Below, in pieces: positions 1 through 11,500 of a DNA stretch of 64,000 nt. Source of the stretch: a virus. Taxonomy: Duplodnaviria > Caudoviricetes. Made by a program: the position numbers and the translations under genes. The DNA lies in the IMG/VR virus record IMGVR_UViG_3300042352_000969, positions 1 to 64,000 of that record; one strand, 5' to 3'. The stretch's first letter is position 1; the number at the start of each line of letters is the position of its first letter. The notes under the pieces were generated by a model. That model was not told where the DNA came from and did no database searches. It saw only the letters and a list, made by a program, of their open reading frames with translations.

Positions 1-2
1 CA

Positions 3-347
3 TCTGGCACAAGCGGTTCTTCTGGAACGAGTGGTTCGTCTGGCACAAGTGGTTCGTCTGGAACAAGCGGTTCATCTGGTACAAGTGGTTCGTCTGGAAC
101 AAGCGGTTCATCTGGTACAAGTGGTTCTTCTGGTACAAGCGGTTCTTCTGGAACGAGTGGTTCTTCTGGCTCTTCTGGAACGAGTGGTTCGTCTGGCACA
201 AGCGGTTCGTCTGGAACAAGTGGATCTTCTGGAACAAGTGGATCTTCTGGCACAAGCGGATCTTCTGGTACAAGCGGTTCTTCTGGAACGAGTGGTTCGT
301 CTGGCACAAGCGGTTCGTCTGGAACAAGCGGCTCATCTGGAACAAGC
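3..347 (+). repeat. Coding Gly-Thr-Ser/Gly-Ser-Ser repeat (Gly every third residue), continuing off the window
   Basis: Translation gives (GTS GSS)n with mixed synonymous codons (tct/tcg/tca, ggt/ggc/gga, aca/acg). Confidence 0.95.
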
Positions 348-3300
348 GCCAACGCTTCAGGCACAACAAATACGATAGCCAAATTCACTTCTTCAACAGC
401 GATTGGAGATAGTAATACTACAGATGTTGTACATAGTTTGTCTATTAATAGTGTTATTGTTGGAAGAGGTACTGGTAATGTTGCTACTAATACTGCTGTT
501 GGAAATACTGCATTAAATGCAAATACGACAGGTGTTAATAATACTGCTGTTGGTTATTATTCATTAACAAACAATACAATAGGTACAGTAAATACCGCAG
601 TAGGAAGTGGCGCTTTATATAACAACACAACAGGCAGTTCTAATACATCAGTTGGATTTGCAGCGTTATACACAAATACAATTGGTAATAATAATAGCGT
701 ATTTGGTTATCAAGCTATGTATTATAATTCAACTGGCAACAATAACAGTGCATTTGGTTATAGAGCTTTATTTGCTAATACAACAGGTAGGGCTAATACA
801 GCCGTTGGTAGATCAGCTTTACAAAGTAATACTGTAAGCAATAACAGTGCATTTGGATATTTTTCATTATTAAATAATACAACAGGCGCAAACAATAGCG
901 CATTTGGTAAAGATTCTTTATTTAGTAATACAATTGGTACAAACAATAGCGCATTTGGTTATGGCTCTTTATATACTAATACAACTGGAAGTTCTAATTC
1001 AGCATTTGGTTTAAACGCTCTCAGATACAATACAATAGGTACATTTAACGTTGCGGTTGGTCTTGCTACTTTACAAAATAATACAACCGGCACTAACAAC
1101 GTAGGAATTGGTGTTCAAGCATTATTAAATAATACATTTGGCGGCAATAATACTGCAATCGGTAGAGACTCGCTTGTTTACAATACTACAGGAAGTAATA
1201 ATGTTGCTATTGGTTATTATTCTTTGCTGTCTAATACAATTGGCATAGAAAATAGCGCTGTTGGAAATCAATCTTTACAAAATAATACAACAGGCAGTTA
1301 TAACACTGCGATTGGAAGAGGGTCTTTATTTACAAATATTGTTGGTTCTGCTAATGTTGCTGTAGGCGTAAATGCATTATTTTATGCCGTTGGTAATAAT
1401 AATACCGCTGTAGGCACAAACGCATTATTTAATAACACAGCAAACACTAATAGTGCTTTTGGCTATACATCTTTATTCGCAAATACAACAGGCGCTAGTA
1501 ATAGTGCATTTGGTATGCAAGCGTTGCGATATAATACTATAGGTAATAGCAATTCCGCATTTGGTGTTTATAGTTTATATTATAATACTACAGGTAGTAA
1601 TAATACAGCTGTTGGTAGACAAACATTATACTCTAATACGACTGGCGTTAATAACAGTGCAATTGGTGCGTATGCTTTAAGTCAAAATACAATAGGTTCA
1701 GCTAATACTGCTGTAGGTTATCAATCTGGTAACTCAAATACAACTGGTGAAAGAAATTCTTATTTTGGTTACCAAGTATGTAATGTTGGTAACGCAAGTG
1801 ATACAGTTGGTATAGGTTGGAGATCATTGTATAGTAATACTGCAAATTATATAGTAGCCGTTGGTCGTAGTGCATTGGAAAGCAACAAAACAGGTGCTAG
1901 TAACGTAGCTGTTGGTTATCAAGCATTAATATTAAATACAAGTGGATCATCAAATGTTGCAATGGGTACGCAAGCATTGTATACAAATCTCATAGGCAAT
2001 AACAATACAGCAATGGGGCATCTAGCTTTGTACGCTAATACAACAAACAATAACAGCGCTTTCGGATATAAAGCTTTATTCGCAAATACAACAGGTACAA
2101 ACAATACTGCAATTGGTTCGTTTTCATTAAAAGAAAATACAATAAGTTTAGGAAATACTGCGGTTGGATATGCTAGTTTAAACAATAACACAATAGGTTC
2201 ATATAATGTAGCTGTTGGTGGTTGGGCATTAACTGATAATACAACGGGTGCAAATAATAGTGCGTTTGGTTATTATGCTTTAAAAAATAATACAATTGGC
2301 ATAAGAAACGTTGCGGTTGGTAGTAGATCTTTAAGATTAAATACAACTGGTAATTATAACACTGCGGTTGGATATGAATCTTTAGGAAGTAATACAACTG
2401 GTCAAAGTAATAGTGCATTTGGATATTTTTCATTATTTAATAATACTATAGGTAATTATAATAGCGCATTTGGTTATTACGCTTTAAAATTCAATACAAC
2501 AGGTACAAGCAATACAGCAGTCGGTGTAAGCGCTTTACAAAAAAATACAATAGGCACAAATAATACTGCCATTGGTTATCAATCTTTACTTAATAATACA
2601 ACTGGTATTAGTAATACTGCTGTTGGAAGAGACGCTTTACTTTATAATACAATTGGTGCTTTAAATAGTGCATTTGGATTTCAAGCATTAGGTAGTAATA
2701 CAACTGGTACTACTAATAGTGCATTTGGTTATCAATCAATGTTCTATAATACAGTTGGTAACTATAATAGCGCGTTTGGTTATAGATCTTTATATTCTAA
2801 TACAACTGGTAATTATAATACTGCTGTGGGTTATCAAGCGTTGAAGAGTAATACAATATCATTATACAATAGCGCATTTGGTGTGAATGCTTTATTGTTT
2901 AATACCACAGGCAGTTATAATAGTGGATTTGGTTATGCTGCTCTCAGGGCAAATACAATTGGTCAAAAAAATAGTGCTTTTGGTAATTATGCTTTATATA
3001 ATAACACAACAAATAATAACAGCGCATTTGGATACAAAGCGTTATATAGTAATACAACTGGTTTCCTAAACAGTGCGTTTGGTTATAAAGCATTATTTTT
3101 AAATACTACAGGCATAGGAAATACAGCCGTTGGAAACAACTCTTTATACAACAATACAACTGGCAGTTATAATATTAGCGTTGGTAATGGTACATTATAT
3201 GCTAATACAATTGGTTCTAAAAACAGTGCATTTGGTTATGGTGTTTTACAATTTAATACGACGGGTATTAAAAATAGTGGATTTGGTTATTATGCTTTAA

Positions 3301-6300
3301 GAAGTAATACAACAGGCGTTAATAATAGTGCGTTTGGTTCTGACGCTTTAAGAAACAATACAATTGGTGCAAATAATAGTGCTTTTGGTTATAGATCATT
3401 GAGATATAATACTACAGGTGGACAGAATACGGCTATAGGTCATAACGCTTTATTAAATAATACAATTGGCACTCTCAATGTTGCAGTTGGTGCAAATGCT
3501 TTATTTAGTAATACTACAGGTAGTGCTAATAGTGCATTTGGTAATTATGCTTTAATAAATAATGTAGTGGGTATTAATAATACTGCTGTTGGTTATCAAT
3601 CGTTATATAGCAATACAACGAACAATAATAGTGCATTTGGTTATGCAGCTTTAAAAAATAATACAATTGGCACAAATAATAGTGCATTTGGTTATCAATC
3701 TTTAAAATTTAATACAACAGGTACAGATAATTCTGCATTTGGTTTCAAAGTATTGCAATCAAATACTATCGGAGCGCTTAATAGTGCATTTGGTAATTAT
3801 ACTTTATTTTCTAATACTACAGGAACTAGAAATACAGCTGTAGGTAGAGTTGCTTTAGCTAGCAATACGGTTGGATCTTATAGCAATGCATTTGGTTATG
3901 GTGCATTATATAGCAATACAACCAGTGGTAACAACGCATTTGGTTATAATGCTTTGAGAAATAATACAACTGGTTATTCAAACGTTGCAATGGGTCATAC
4001 CGCATTAGCTAGTAATACTATAGGATCACTAAATACGGCTGTAGGATATAGTTCATTAACCGCTAATACAACCGGAAGTAATAATTCAGCGTTTGGTACA
4101 TACGCATTAAATTCTAATACAATTGGTATTTACAATACAGCACTTGGTCGTAGTGCATTATCAGTTAATATAATAGGTAGTGCAAATACTGCCGTTGGTT
4201 ATCAAGCTTTAGAGGCTAACACAACAAGCAATAACAGTGCATTTGGTTATAAAGCATTGGCCGTTAACACTACGGGACATAGAAATGCAGCGTTTGGTTT
4301 TAAATCGTTGATTACAAATACAAGTGGTAATTATAACGTTGCAATGGGTCATCAAACTTTGTTCAGCAATACTATAGGTCAATATAATATCGCTATTGGT
4401 GATGAAGCGCTATATAAGAATACTACAGGTAGTAGAAATACAGCGGTTGGTAGAGCTGCTTTATATAATAATACAATTGGCGCAGATAATAGTGCTTTTG
4501 GTATGTATGCTTTATTGACAAATACAACTGGTATTTATAATAGTGCTTTTGGCCGCGCCGCTTTACAAAGCAACTCATCAGGTAGTAATAATAGTGCATT
4601 TGGTCGTCAAGCATTAAATTATAATACAGTCGGAGGTAACAACACAGCGGTTGGTTTTAACTGTATGCTAACAAATGTAAGTGGTAATAATAATGCGGCA
4701 TTTGGTTATAACGCTCTTTATTTTAATACAACAAACAATAACAGTGCTTTTGGATCTAACGCATTAACTGCTAATACAACAGGTTATGGAAATAGTGCAT
4801 TTGGTAGAGACTCTTTAAAAGGTAATACCATAGGTACAAGTAACAGTGCATTTGGTAATTACGCTTTAAAGTATAATACTACAGGTAGTGGAAATACATC
4901 GGTTGGTAGAGCTGCTTTAATTAGTAATACGATTGGTACAAATAATACCGCTGTTGGTCATAACGCTTTGTATTATAATACTACAGGAGTAAATAATAGT
5001 GCCTTTGGTAGATATGCTTTAATAAATAATATTACAGGCGCATCTAATGTTGCTGTTGGTGTAAATGCTTTATTATCTAATACAGGCGGTATTAATAATA
5101 CTGCTGTAGGTCAACAAGCACTTAATTCTAATACGACTGGTGGCAAAAATACTGCTGTAGGTTTACAATCGTTATATACAAATGCAGTAGGAAGTAATAA
5201 TAGCGCATTTGGTTATTTAGCTTTATATAATAATACAACAAACAATAATAGTGCATTTGGATATAGAGCTTTAAGATACAATACAATTGGCGTAAATAAC
5301 GTTGCTGTTGGTATGCAATCTATGTTGTATAATACCACAGGTAGTAATAACACATCAGTTGGATTAAATAGCTTACTTAGTAATACTATAGGTAAAAATA
5401 ATACCGCTGTTGGTCAACAAGCGTTAGTTAGTAATATAGTGGGTAATGCTAATAGCTCTTTTGGTTATAACGCTCTTTATAGCAATACTGCAAACAATAA
5501 CAGTGCTTTTGGTTATAAAGCTTTAAGAACGAATACAACAGGCGTAAATAATGTCGCGATTGGTTTTCAAGCTTTATTAAGCAATACATCAGGCATAAGA
5601 AATAATGCATTAGGTGTTAATGCGTTACTTAGTAATACTAGTGGAAATAATAATAGTGCATTTGGTTATTATGCTTTATTAAGTAATACAACAGGCGCAA
5701 ATAATGCTGCGGTTGGATCAAACGCTCTTAACGCTAATACAATTGGTGTTAATAATACTGCTGTTGGTTACGGTTCTTTGTATTCTAATACGACTGGCAC
5801 AAGCAATACTGCGGTTGGATCAAACGCTCTTAACGCTAATACAATTGGTGTTAATAATACTGCTGTAGGTGTAAATTCTTTATCAAACAATACTACGGGC
5901 GTTTCTAATACTGCTGTTGGTATTGGATCTTTGTATAGCAATACAACGGGTTCTAATAATAGCGCGCTTGGTTTAAATGCTTTGAACGCTAATACAATTG
6001 GCATAGACAATACTGCTGTAGGTCGTAGCGCTTTACAAACAAATACAACAGGTAGTTATAATACCGCATTTGGTAATCAAGCTTTAGCTGTTAATACAAT
6101 AGGTGCAAATAATGTTGCTGTAGGTTATCAGTCTTTACTTAGTAATACTATAGGTCAAAGTAATACTGCTGTAGGAACAAGCGCATTGCAAAGCAATACT
6201 ATAGGTAACAACAATACAGCAGTTGGTCTAAGCGCTTTATTAAGTAATACAACAGGAATAAATAATTCGGCATTTGGAAAAGGCGCATTGCAAAACAATA

Positions 6301-8537
6301 CAATAGGCACAGGTAATACAGCCGTTGGTGTCGCTAGTTTATTTTATAATACTATTGGTGGAAATAATAGCGCATTTGGTTATAGTAGTTTAGTAAGTAA
6401 TACAATAGGTGTTAATAATGTAGCAGTAGGTTTTAATTCATTATATTATAATACAACTGGTAACAATAATACAGCCGTCGGCAATGGAACATTACAAGCA
6501 AATACTATAGGCGAAGGTAATAGCGCCTTTGGTACAAATGCTTTATTAAATAATACCACGGGTAATTTTAACAGTGCATTTGGATTTTACGCTTTAAAAT
6601 CAAATACGGTTGGTATAAGAAATGTTGCAGTTGGTAATAGAGCTTTAATTAATAATACAGCTGGTCGATTTAATTGTGCGATTGGATATGAAAGTTTAGC
6701 TCAAAACACAGTTGGTGATAATAACACTTCATTTGGTTATACAACTTTATATAATAATGTTTCTGGAAATAATAATACTGTCATAGGATGTAATTCATTA
6801 TTCGCTAATACTACTGGTAGTAATAATACCGTTGTTGGTTTTCAAGCTTTGCTTAATAATACTGTAAGTAACAACAGTGCATTTGGTTATAAAGCATTAA
6901 ATGCTAATACAACTGGTACATACAATGCGGCAGTTGGGTTTAGCGCTTTAGCAACAAATACAACCGGCAGTTTCAATTCAGCATTTGGTTTTAACTCTCT
7001 CAGATACAATACAATAGGAAATAATAATATTGCTGTAGGTTTAAATTCTCTGTATCAGAACACTACGGGTGGACAGAATACTGCCGTAGGTAGAAGTGCT
7101 TTACAAAATAATACAATAGGCACAGGCAACAGTGCGTTTGGTTATGGCGCTTTAGCTACTAATACAATTGCTTCTAGCAATACTGCTGTAGGATATAGAG
7201 CATTACTTTCTAATACAACAGGCGCACCTAATTGTTCGTTTGGTGTATACGCTCTAAGAAACAATACATCGGGTCAAAGAAATAACGCGGTTGGATATGA
7301 AGCTTTAAAAGCTAATACTTTTGGTAATGACAATAATGCGTTTGGTAGTGCTGCTTTATATGGTAATACAACGGGTAGTAATAATAATGCATTTGGTAAA
7401 TATAGTTTGATAGCTAATGTAGTTGGTAACAACAACAGTGCATTTGGTCATGCTGCTTTATCATCTAATACCACAAACAATAACAGTGCGTTTGGTTATG
7501 AAGCTTTAAAAGCGAATACAACTGGTACTGGTAATAGCGCGTTTGGATTACAGGCTTTAAAAAATAGTACTATTGCTGGTTATAATAGCGCATTCGGATA
7601 TGGGGCGATGTTTACTAACACAACGGGTACAGATAATACAGGGATAGGTCATAGTAGTTTATATAGCAATAATAGCGGTTACAATAATACCGCTGTTGGT
7701 AAAAATTCAGGTTATGATATTACCGCTGGTATAGCTAATACAATAATTGGACAAAATACTGGTCGTGGTATTACCACAGGCAACTACAACACAATCCTCG
7801 GCGCAAACGTCACAGGATTAAGTGCCACAATTGCCAATAACATTATAATCGCTGACGGCCAAGGTAATAGAAGAATAAATGTTGATAGTAGTGGTAATGT
7901 TGGTATAGGTACAAATAGTCCTGCTCAACTTCTTCATGTTTATACAACCACAGCAAGTGATGCTGGTGGGTTTATAAAATATGAAAATGGTAGTACTGGT
8001 ACTGGATCTGCAACAAACGCTCAATTGATTGGTAAATCTAAATACGGAACTTTACAATACATGGTTTGGGAAAGTAATGGTGCCAGAATAGGTATGCGTA
8101 GCACTGATAATAGTGGAACTGGCAATTTGTATTTTACCGCAGGTACTGATAGTGTTAAAATGTTTGTTGGTAGTTCTGGAAATGTTGGTATAAATACAAC
8201 CACTCCAAGTACCACACTAGAAGTCGTCGGCACAATTACTTGTACAACTTTAGTTGAAACATCAAGTGTTGTCGCCAAAACAAATGTCAAAAAACTAACC
8301 AGTCAAACCGCCAAAATCGCCAAACTGTCGCCTGTATCATTTAATTACAAAAAAGACAACAAACGCAGTCTAGGATTGATTGCGGAAGAAGTCGCCCAAG
8401 TATATCCAGAATTAGTAGAATATGAAAATGGTCGTCCTTTAGGTGTAAACTATTCGAAACTAACTTCTGTATTGATTAGTGCAGTAAATGAGTTGGCCGC
8501 CGAACTCGCAGAGTTAAAGAAACAATTAAATAAGTAA
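3..8537 (+). CDS. Giant tail fibre / adhesin-like protein, 5'-truncated: Gly-X-Ser repeat, ~140 copies of a 17-aa repeat, C-terminal peptidase S74-type intramolecular chaperone
   Basis: Frame 3 is open from nt 3 (SGTSGSS...) through the TTG at 438 to the stop at 8537, so the gene starts upstream of the window. Repeat consensus is NTAVGxxALxxNTTGxN. The C-terminus ETSSVVAKTNVKKL...SLGLIAEEVAQVYPELV...GVNYSKLTSVLISAVNEL matches the S74 chaperone pattern. Confidence 0.85.
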   Translation, partial: SGTSGSSGTSGSSGTSGSSGTSGSSGTSGSSGTSGSSGTSGSSGTSGSSGTSGSSGSSGTSGSSGTSGSSGTSGSSGTSGSSGTSGSSGTSGSSGTSGSSGTSGSSGTSGSSGTSANASGTTNTIAKFTSSTAIGDSNTTDVVHSLSINSVIVGRGTGNVATNTAVGNTALNANTTGVNNTAVGYYSLTNNTIGTVNTAVGSGALYNNTTGSSNTSVGFAALYTNTIGNNNSVFGYQAMYYNSTGNNNSAFGYRALFANTTGRANTAVGRSALQSNTVSNNSAFGYFSLLNNTTGANNSAFGKDSLFSNTIGTNNSAFGYGSLYTNTTGSSNSAFGLNALRYNTIGTFNVAVGLATLQNNTTGTNNVGIGVQALLNNTFGGNNTAIGRDSLVYNTTGSNNVAIGYYSLLSNTIGIENSAVGNQSLQNNTTGSYNTAIGRGSLFTNIVGSANVAVGVNALFYAVGNNNTAVGTNALFNNTANTNSAFGYTSLFANTTGASNSAFGMQALRYNTIGNSNSAFGVYSLYYNTTGSNNTAVGRQTLYSNTTGVNNSAIGAYALSQNTIGSANTAVGYQSGNSNTTGERNSYFGYQVCNVGNASDTVGIGWRSLYSNTANYIVAVGRSALESNKTGASNVAVGYQALILNTSGSSNVAMGTQALYTNLIGNNNTAMGHLALYANTTNNNSAFGYKALFANTTGTNNTAIGSFSLKENTISLGNTAVGYASLNNNTIGSYNVAVGGWALTDNTTGANNSAFGYYALKNNTIGIRNVAVGSRSLRLNTTGNYNTAVGYESLGSNTTGQSNSAFGYFSLFNNTIGNYNSAFGYYALKFNTTGTSNTAVGVSALQKNTIGTNNTAIGYQSLLNNTTGISNTAVGRDALLYNTIGALNSAFGFQALGSNTTGTTNSAFGYQSMFYNTVGNYNSAFGYRSLYSNTTGNYNTAVGYQALKSNTISLYNSAFGVNALLFNTTGSYNSGFGYAALRANTIGQKNSAFGNYALYNNTTNNNSAFGYKALYSNTTGFLNSAFGYKALFLNTTGIGNTAVGNNSLYNNTTGSYNISVGNGTLYANTIGSKNSAFGYGVLQFNTTGIKNSGFGYYALRSNTTGVNNSAFGSDALRNNTIGANNSAFGYRSLRYNTTGGQNTAIGHNALLNNTIGTLNVAVGANALFSNTTGSANSAFGNYALINNVVGINNTAVGYQSLYSNTTNNNSAFGYAALKNNTIGTNNSAFGYQSLKFNTTGTDNSAFGFKVLQSNTIGALNSAFGNYTLFSNTTGTRNTAVGRVALASNTVGSYSNAFGYGALYSNTTSGNNAFGYNALRNNTTGYSNVAMGHTALASNTIGSLNTAVGYSSLTANTTGSNNSAFGTYALNSNTIGIYNTALGRSALSVNIIGSANTAVGYQALEANTTSNNSAFGYKALAVNTTGHRNAAFGFKSLITNTSGNYNVAMGHQTLFSNTIGQYNIAIGDEALYKNTTGSRNTAVGRAALYNNTIGADNSAFGMYALLTNTTGIYNSAFGRAALQSNSSGSNNSAFGRQALNYNTVGGNNTAVGFNCMLTNVSGNNNAAFGYNALYFNTTNNNSAFGSNALTANTTGYGNSAFGRDSLKGNTIGTSNSAFGNYALKYNTTGSGNTSVGRAALISNTIGTNNTAVGHNALYYNTTGVNNSAFGRYALINNITGASNVAVGVNALLSNTGGINNTAVGQQALNSNTTGGKNTAVGLQSLYTNAVGSNNSAFGYLALYNNTTNNNSAFGYRALRYNTIGVNNVAVGMQSMLYNTTGSNNTSVGLNSLLSNTIGKNNTAVGQQALVSNIVGNANSSFGYNALYSNTANNNSAFGYKALRTNTTGVNNVAIGFQALLSNTSGIRNNALGVNALLSNTSGNNNSAFGYYALLSNTTGANNAAVGSNALNANTIGVNNTAVGYGSLYSNTTGTSNTAVGSNALNANTIGVNNTAVGVNSLSNNTTGVSNTAVGIGSLYSNTTGSNNSALGLNALNANTIGIDNTAVGRSALQTNTTGSYNTAFGNQALAVNTIGANNVAVGYQSLLSNTIGQSNTAVGTSALQSNTIGNNNTAVGLSALLSNTTGINNSAFGKGALQNNTIGTGNTAVGVASLFYNTIGGNNSAFGYSSLVSNTIGVNNVAVGFNSLYYNTTGNNNTAVGNGTLQANTIGEGNSAFGTNALLNNTTGNFNSAFGFYALKSNTVGIRNVAVGNRALINNTAGRFNCAIGYESLAQNTVGDNNTSFGYTTLYNNVSGNNNTVIGCNSLFANTTGSNNTVVGFQALLNNTVSNNSAFGYKALNANTTGTYNAAVGFSALATNTTGSFNSAFGFNSLRYNTIGNNNIAVGLNSLYQNTTGGQNTAVGRSALQNNTIGTGNSAFGYGALATNTIASSNTAVGYRALLSNTTGAPNCSFGVYALRNNTSGQRNNAVGYEALKANTFGNDNNAFGSAALYGNTTGSNNNAFGKYSLIANVVGNNNSAFGHAALSSNTTNNNSAFGYEALKANTTGTGNSAFGLQALKNSTIAGYNSAFGYGAMFTNTTGTDNTGIGHSSLYSNNSGYNNTAVGKNSGYDITAGIANTIIGQNTGRGITTGNYNTILGANVTGLSATIANNIIIADGQGNRRINVDSSGNVGIGTNSPAQLLHVYTTTASDAGGFIKYENGSTGTGSATNAQLIGKSKYGTLQYMVWESNGARIGMRSTDNSGTGNLYFTAGTDSVKMFVGSSGNVGINTTTPSTTLEVVGTITCTTLVETSSVVAKTNVKKLTSQTAKIAKLSPVSFNYKKDNKRSLGLIAEEVAQVYPELVEYENGRPLGVNYSKLTSVLISAVNELAAELAELKKQLNK
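489..7803 (+). repeat. Tandem 17-aa (51-nt) degenerate coding repeat, ~140-145 units, with interspersed 16-aa units
   Basis: Example unit AVGSNALNANTIGVNNT (17 aa). About 7.3 kb divided by 51 nt gives ~143 units. A 58-nt exact duplication lies at 5707-5764 and 5809-5866 (102-nt offset = 2 units). Confidence 0.95.
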
Positions 8538-8569
8538 CATAATATAATATAATAAATATATAAAAAAAT

Positions 8570-11500
8570 ATGGCAACACTAAAAAACGATACAGTAGTTA
8601 GAAGCGCAGATGGTCAAGCAACATCAGCGATTGTAACCGCCACAAATATAGGAACTTATGGCGTAGCCGCTAATTCTACGTATTATGTTGGTACTACACA
8701 AAATGTTTTTAATAGAGCGAGCGGCGCACAAACATTAACTGGTGTTAGTATTGATGGTAATGCTGCCAATATAACTGCATATACAATTAATCAAAACGTA
8801 GGAAGTGGTAATACTCCATCGTTTGCGGGAATCAATTCGACGGCCATGCTTGTATCTTATACAAGTTTAACTAATGGCGACGATTGGTCCAACAGTCCAA
8901 TAAGTATTAGAGAAAGAGGTTTAGTTAGTGCCGCTCAATCTATTAATGCGTATAGTCCAAATTTAAATTTCCACTGGGGTTCTAGAATATCCAATAGTTT
9001 GTGGATGGATGCTAATGGAAATTTGGCTTGGGGTTCTTATAGTGAAACTGGTGTGCCATCATCAGATGGAGCTTTTTATGCTGCTAATTTATATGCTAGT
9101 ATTTATTATGATAAAAATGATACTACTTATTATTTAGACCCCGCAAATACAGGAACATCTTTATTGGTAGCTGGAAAAGTCGGCATAGGGACTACAAGTG
9201 CTGGTGCTGCTAAATTACAAATAAATGTAAGTAGTGCTATTGGTATTACAATAAATGGTACTGGAGGATATGCAAATATTATAAGTCAAGGAGGTCATTT
9301 AGAATTTTATAAAGATGGAACTCCAACGTTTGCGGCAGCAATAGGATTAAGCACTCCAGCAACCGCTTTAAGCAACGATATACAATTCGCTACATACAAT
9401 GGTTCATCGTGGAGCGCCAGAATGACTATTGCTAATGGTGGTAACGTTGGTATAGGTACAACAAGTCCCGGTTATAAATTAGATATAACTGGAGACGCAA
9501 GAATCGCATCAGCAGCAGGGGCTGGAGCGTTGTATTTTGGAACACTTGATCCTTCAAATGTTTATTTAAAAGTTGATAATAATTATGATTTAACTTTGGC
9601 TCAAAATGCTTCATCAGGTAATGGTTTATATCTAGCAGGTGCGGGTAATGTATATGTAAGCATTGATAGTAATAATAATGCTACAGCCGATGCGTTTATT
9701 GTACAAAATAATGCAATCAAAGCTGGTACAGAATTATTTAGAGTACAAGAAAATGGAGTTGTTACTGCGTCGTCAGATTTCCGCGCACCTATTTTTTATG
9801 ATAGTAATAATACAGCGTATTATTGCGATCCAGCAAGCACAAGTGTACTAGCTGTATTACAAGCAACAAGAATAAACTTTGGCGCTACTGGCTCTACACC
9901 ATACACTTCTGCTGCTGGTGAAGGATTTGGCAATGGTATAACATTTGGTGGAGATGATAATAGCGCATATTATAGAATATTTACCGGGATGGAAAATGTT
10001 GGAGGTAATTATTCTAAACTTACATTAAACTGGCACACTGGAATAAGAATAGGAGCCTACATTAACTATGGTGGCGTAAGATTTTATAATAATTCAGTTG
10101 GGCAAGGAGGAACAGAAATTTTTTCAGTTGGCAATCTTGATAGCAATGTAAGAGTTGTAAATAACTTAATTGTAAACGGAATCACAATCAATCAAGAACG
10201 AGCTAACAATGCTCGTATGTATGGAGCGGGTACTGGTGCGTTTGGGTTACTTGGTCTTGATAGTGCAGGATCATTTCGTTGGCAGGTATATGGAGAATCT
10301 GGTAATTATGGATTCCTAGACTCTACTTGGGGCGCATGGGATATTAAAAAAGTTCCTAATGGTGAATTGGATTTACGAGTAAGTTCAGCGAATGTTAGAG
10401 TATTGAATGCGGGAAATTATAGTGGATATTCTGCATTTACGGCCTCTTTAACTTCAACAGTCGATGCTCGCGCACCTATTTTCTACGACAGTAATGATAC
10501 TGCTTATTATGTTAATCCAAATAGCTCAAGTAATCTAAATACTTTATCAATGGTTGGTACAATAACAGGAGCCTTAGATTCTACTATATCTTTCGCTGGT
10601 GGCGCTTGTACTGCTGCTTCATATAATTATATATTAAGCGGAGCAAATGATGGAGGTAATAAATTAGTAATATTTGTTAATGGTACTACTCGTAGTGCTG
10701 ATGGTGGAGTAAATGCTTTAACAATTAGAAATGATGGTGGTACATTTGTTTTGGGGTATGCTCCTTATCTTACAAGTATTCTTGGTTCATCGGTTACAAT
10801 AAATGGCAATGTCGCGCTTCACGCTGGAAATTATGGTGGTTATTCTGCGTTTAGCGGTTCAATTTCTTCTGGTGGAAATATAACTGCTACTGGTTATGTT
10901 AATGTTAATTCATATGTATATTCAGCTACATATTTACAAACAGGCGGTAATTTAATATACCCTTCTTCATATAGCTCAACTCAAAGATTAGAAGTTGGTA
11001 ATAGTGCAAATAATAATTGGATTGATGGTTTGACAATTGCTCCAGGCGGAACTGTAACTGCGCCAGATAATATGCGTTCGCCAATCTTTTATGATAGTAA
11101 TGATACAGCTTTTTATGGAGATTTTGCAAGCACATCTGTATTAAATAGATTAAACTACCAACAATTAAGAAGAAATTTTGCTTCAACAGTTTATACTGGA
11201 ACCGCCGGTTCTAGAACTGTTAAAACTTTTTCAGGAGTTTTAGTGGGTGGTTCCGCTATTGGTGGTAACAGCGCTTATACAGTAATTGAAACGACTATTC
11301 CACAAGGCGCTTATCAGATGGGTGGATTTACTATAAAATGGTTTGAAAATTATTCCAGTACCAATGCAAAAACTAGTATTGAAATAGCAGGATATTGGAA
11401 TCCAGTATCTAATGGAGGATTTATAGGATTTGAATATACAACATCAAATCCAAACGTTCAACCTACAATTCGTGTAGGCGCAAATGCATCTGGTAATACA

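Noticed and set aside
31-378. 115-aa ORF of VVRLEQA repeats
   Set aside because: It is an off-frame shadow of the Gly-Thr-Ser repeat; the real frame (3) continues into the large fibre ORF.
438-440. TTG start of the 2699-aa ORF
   Set aside because: The frame is open back to the window edge, so the real start is upstream.
5707-5866. Diversity-generating retroelement TR/VR pair
   Set aside because: The two 58-nt copies are identical and adjacent, with no adenine-specific mismatches, and there is no reverse transcriptase in the window.
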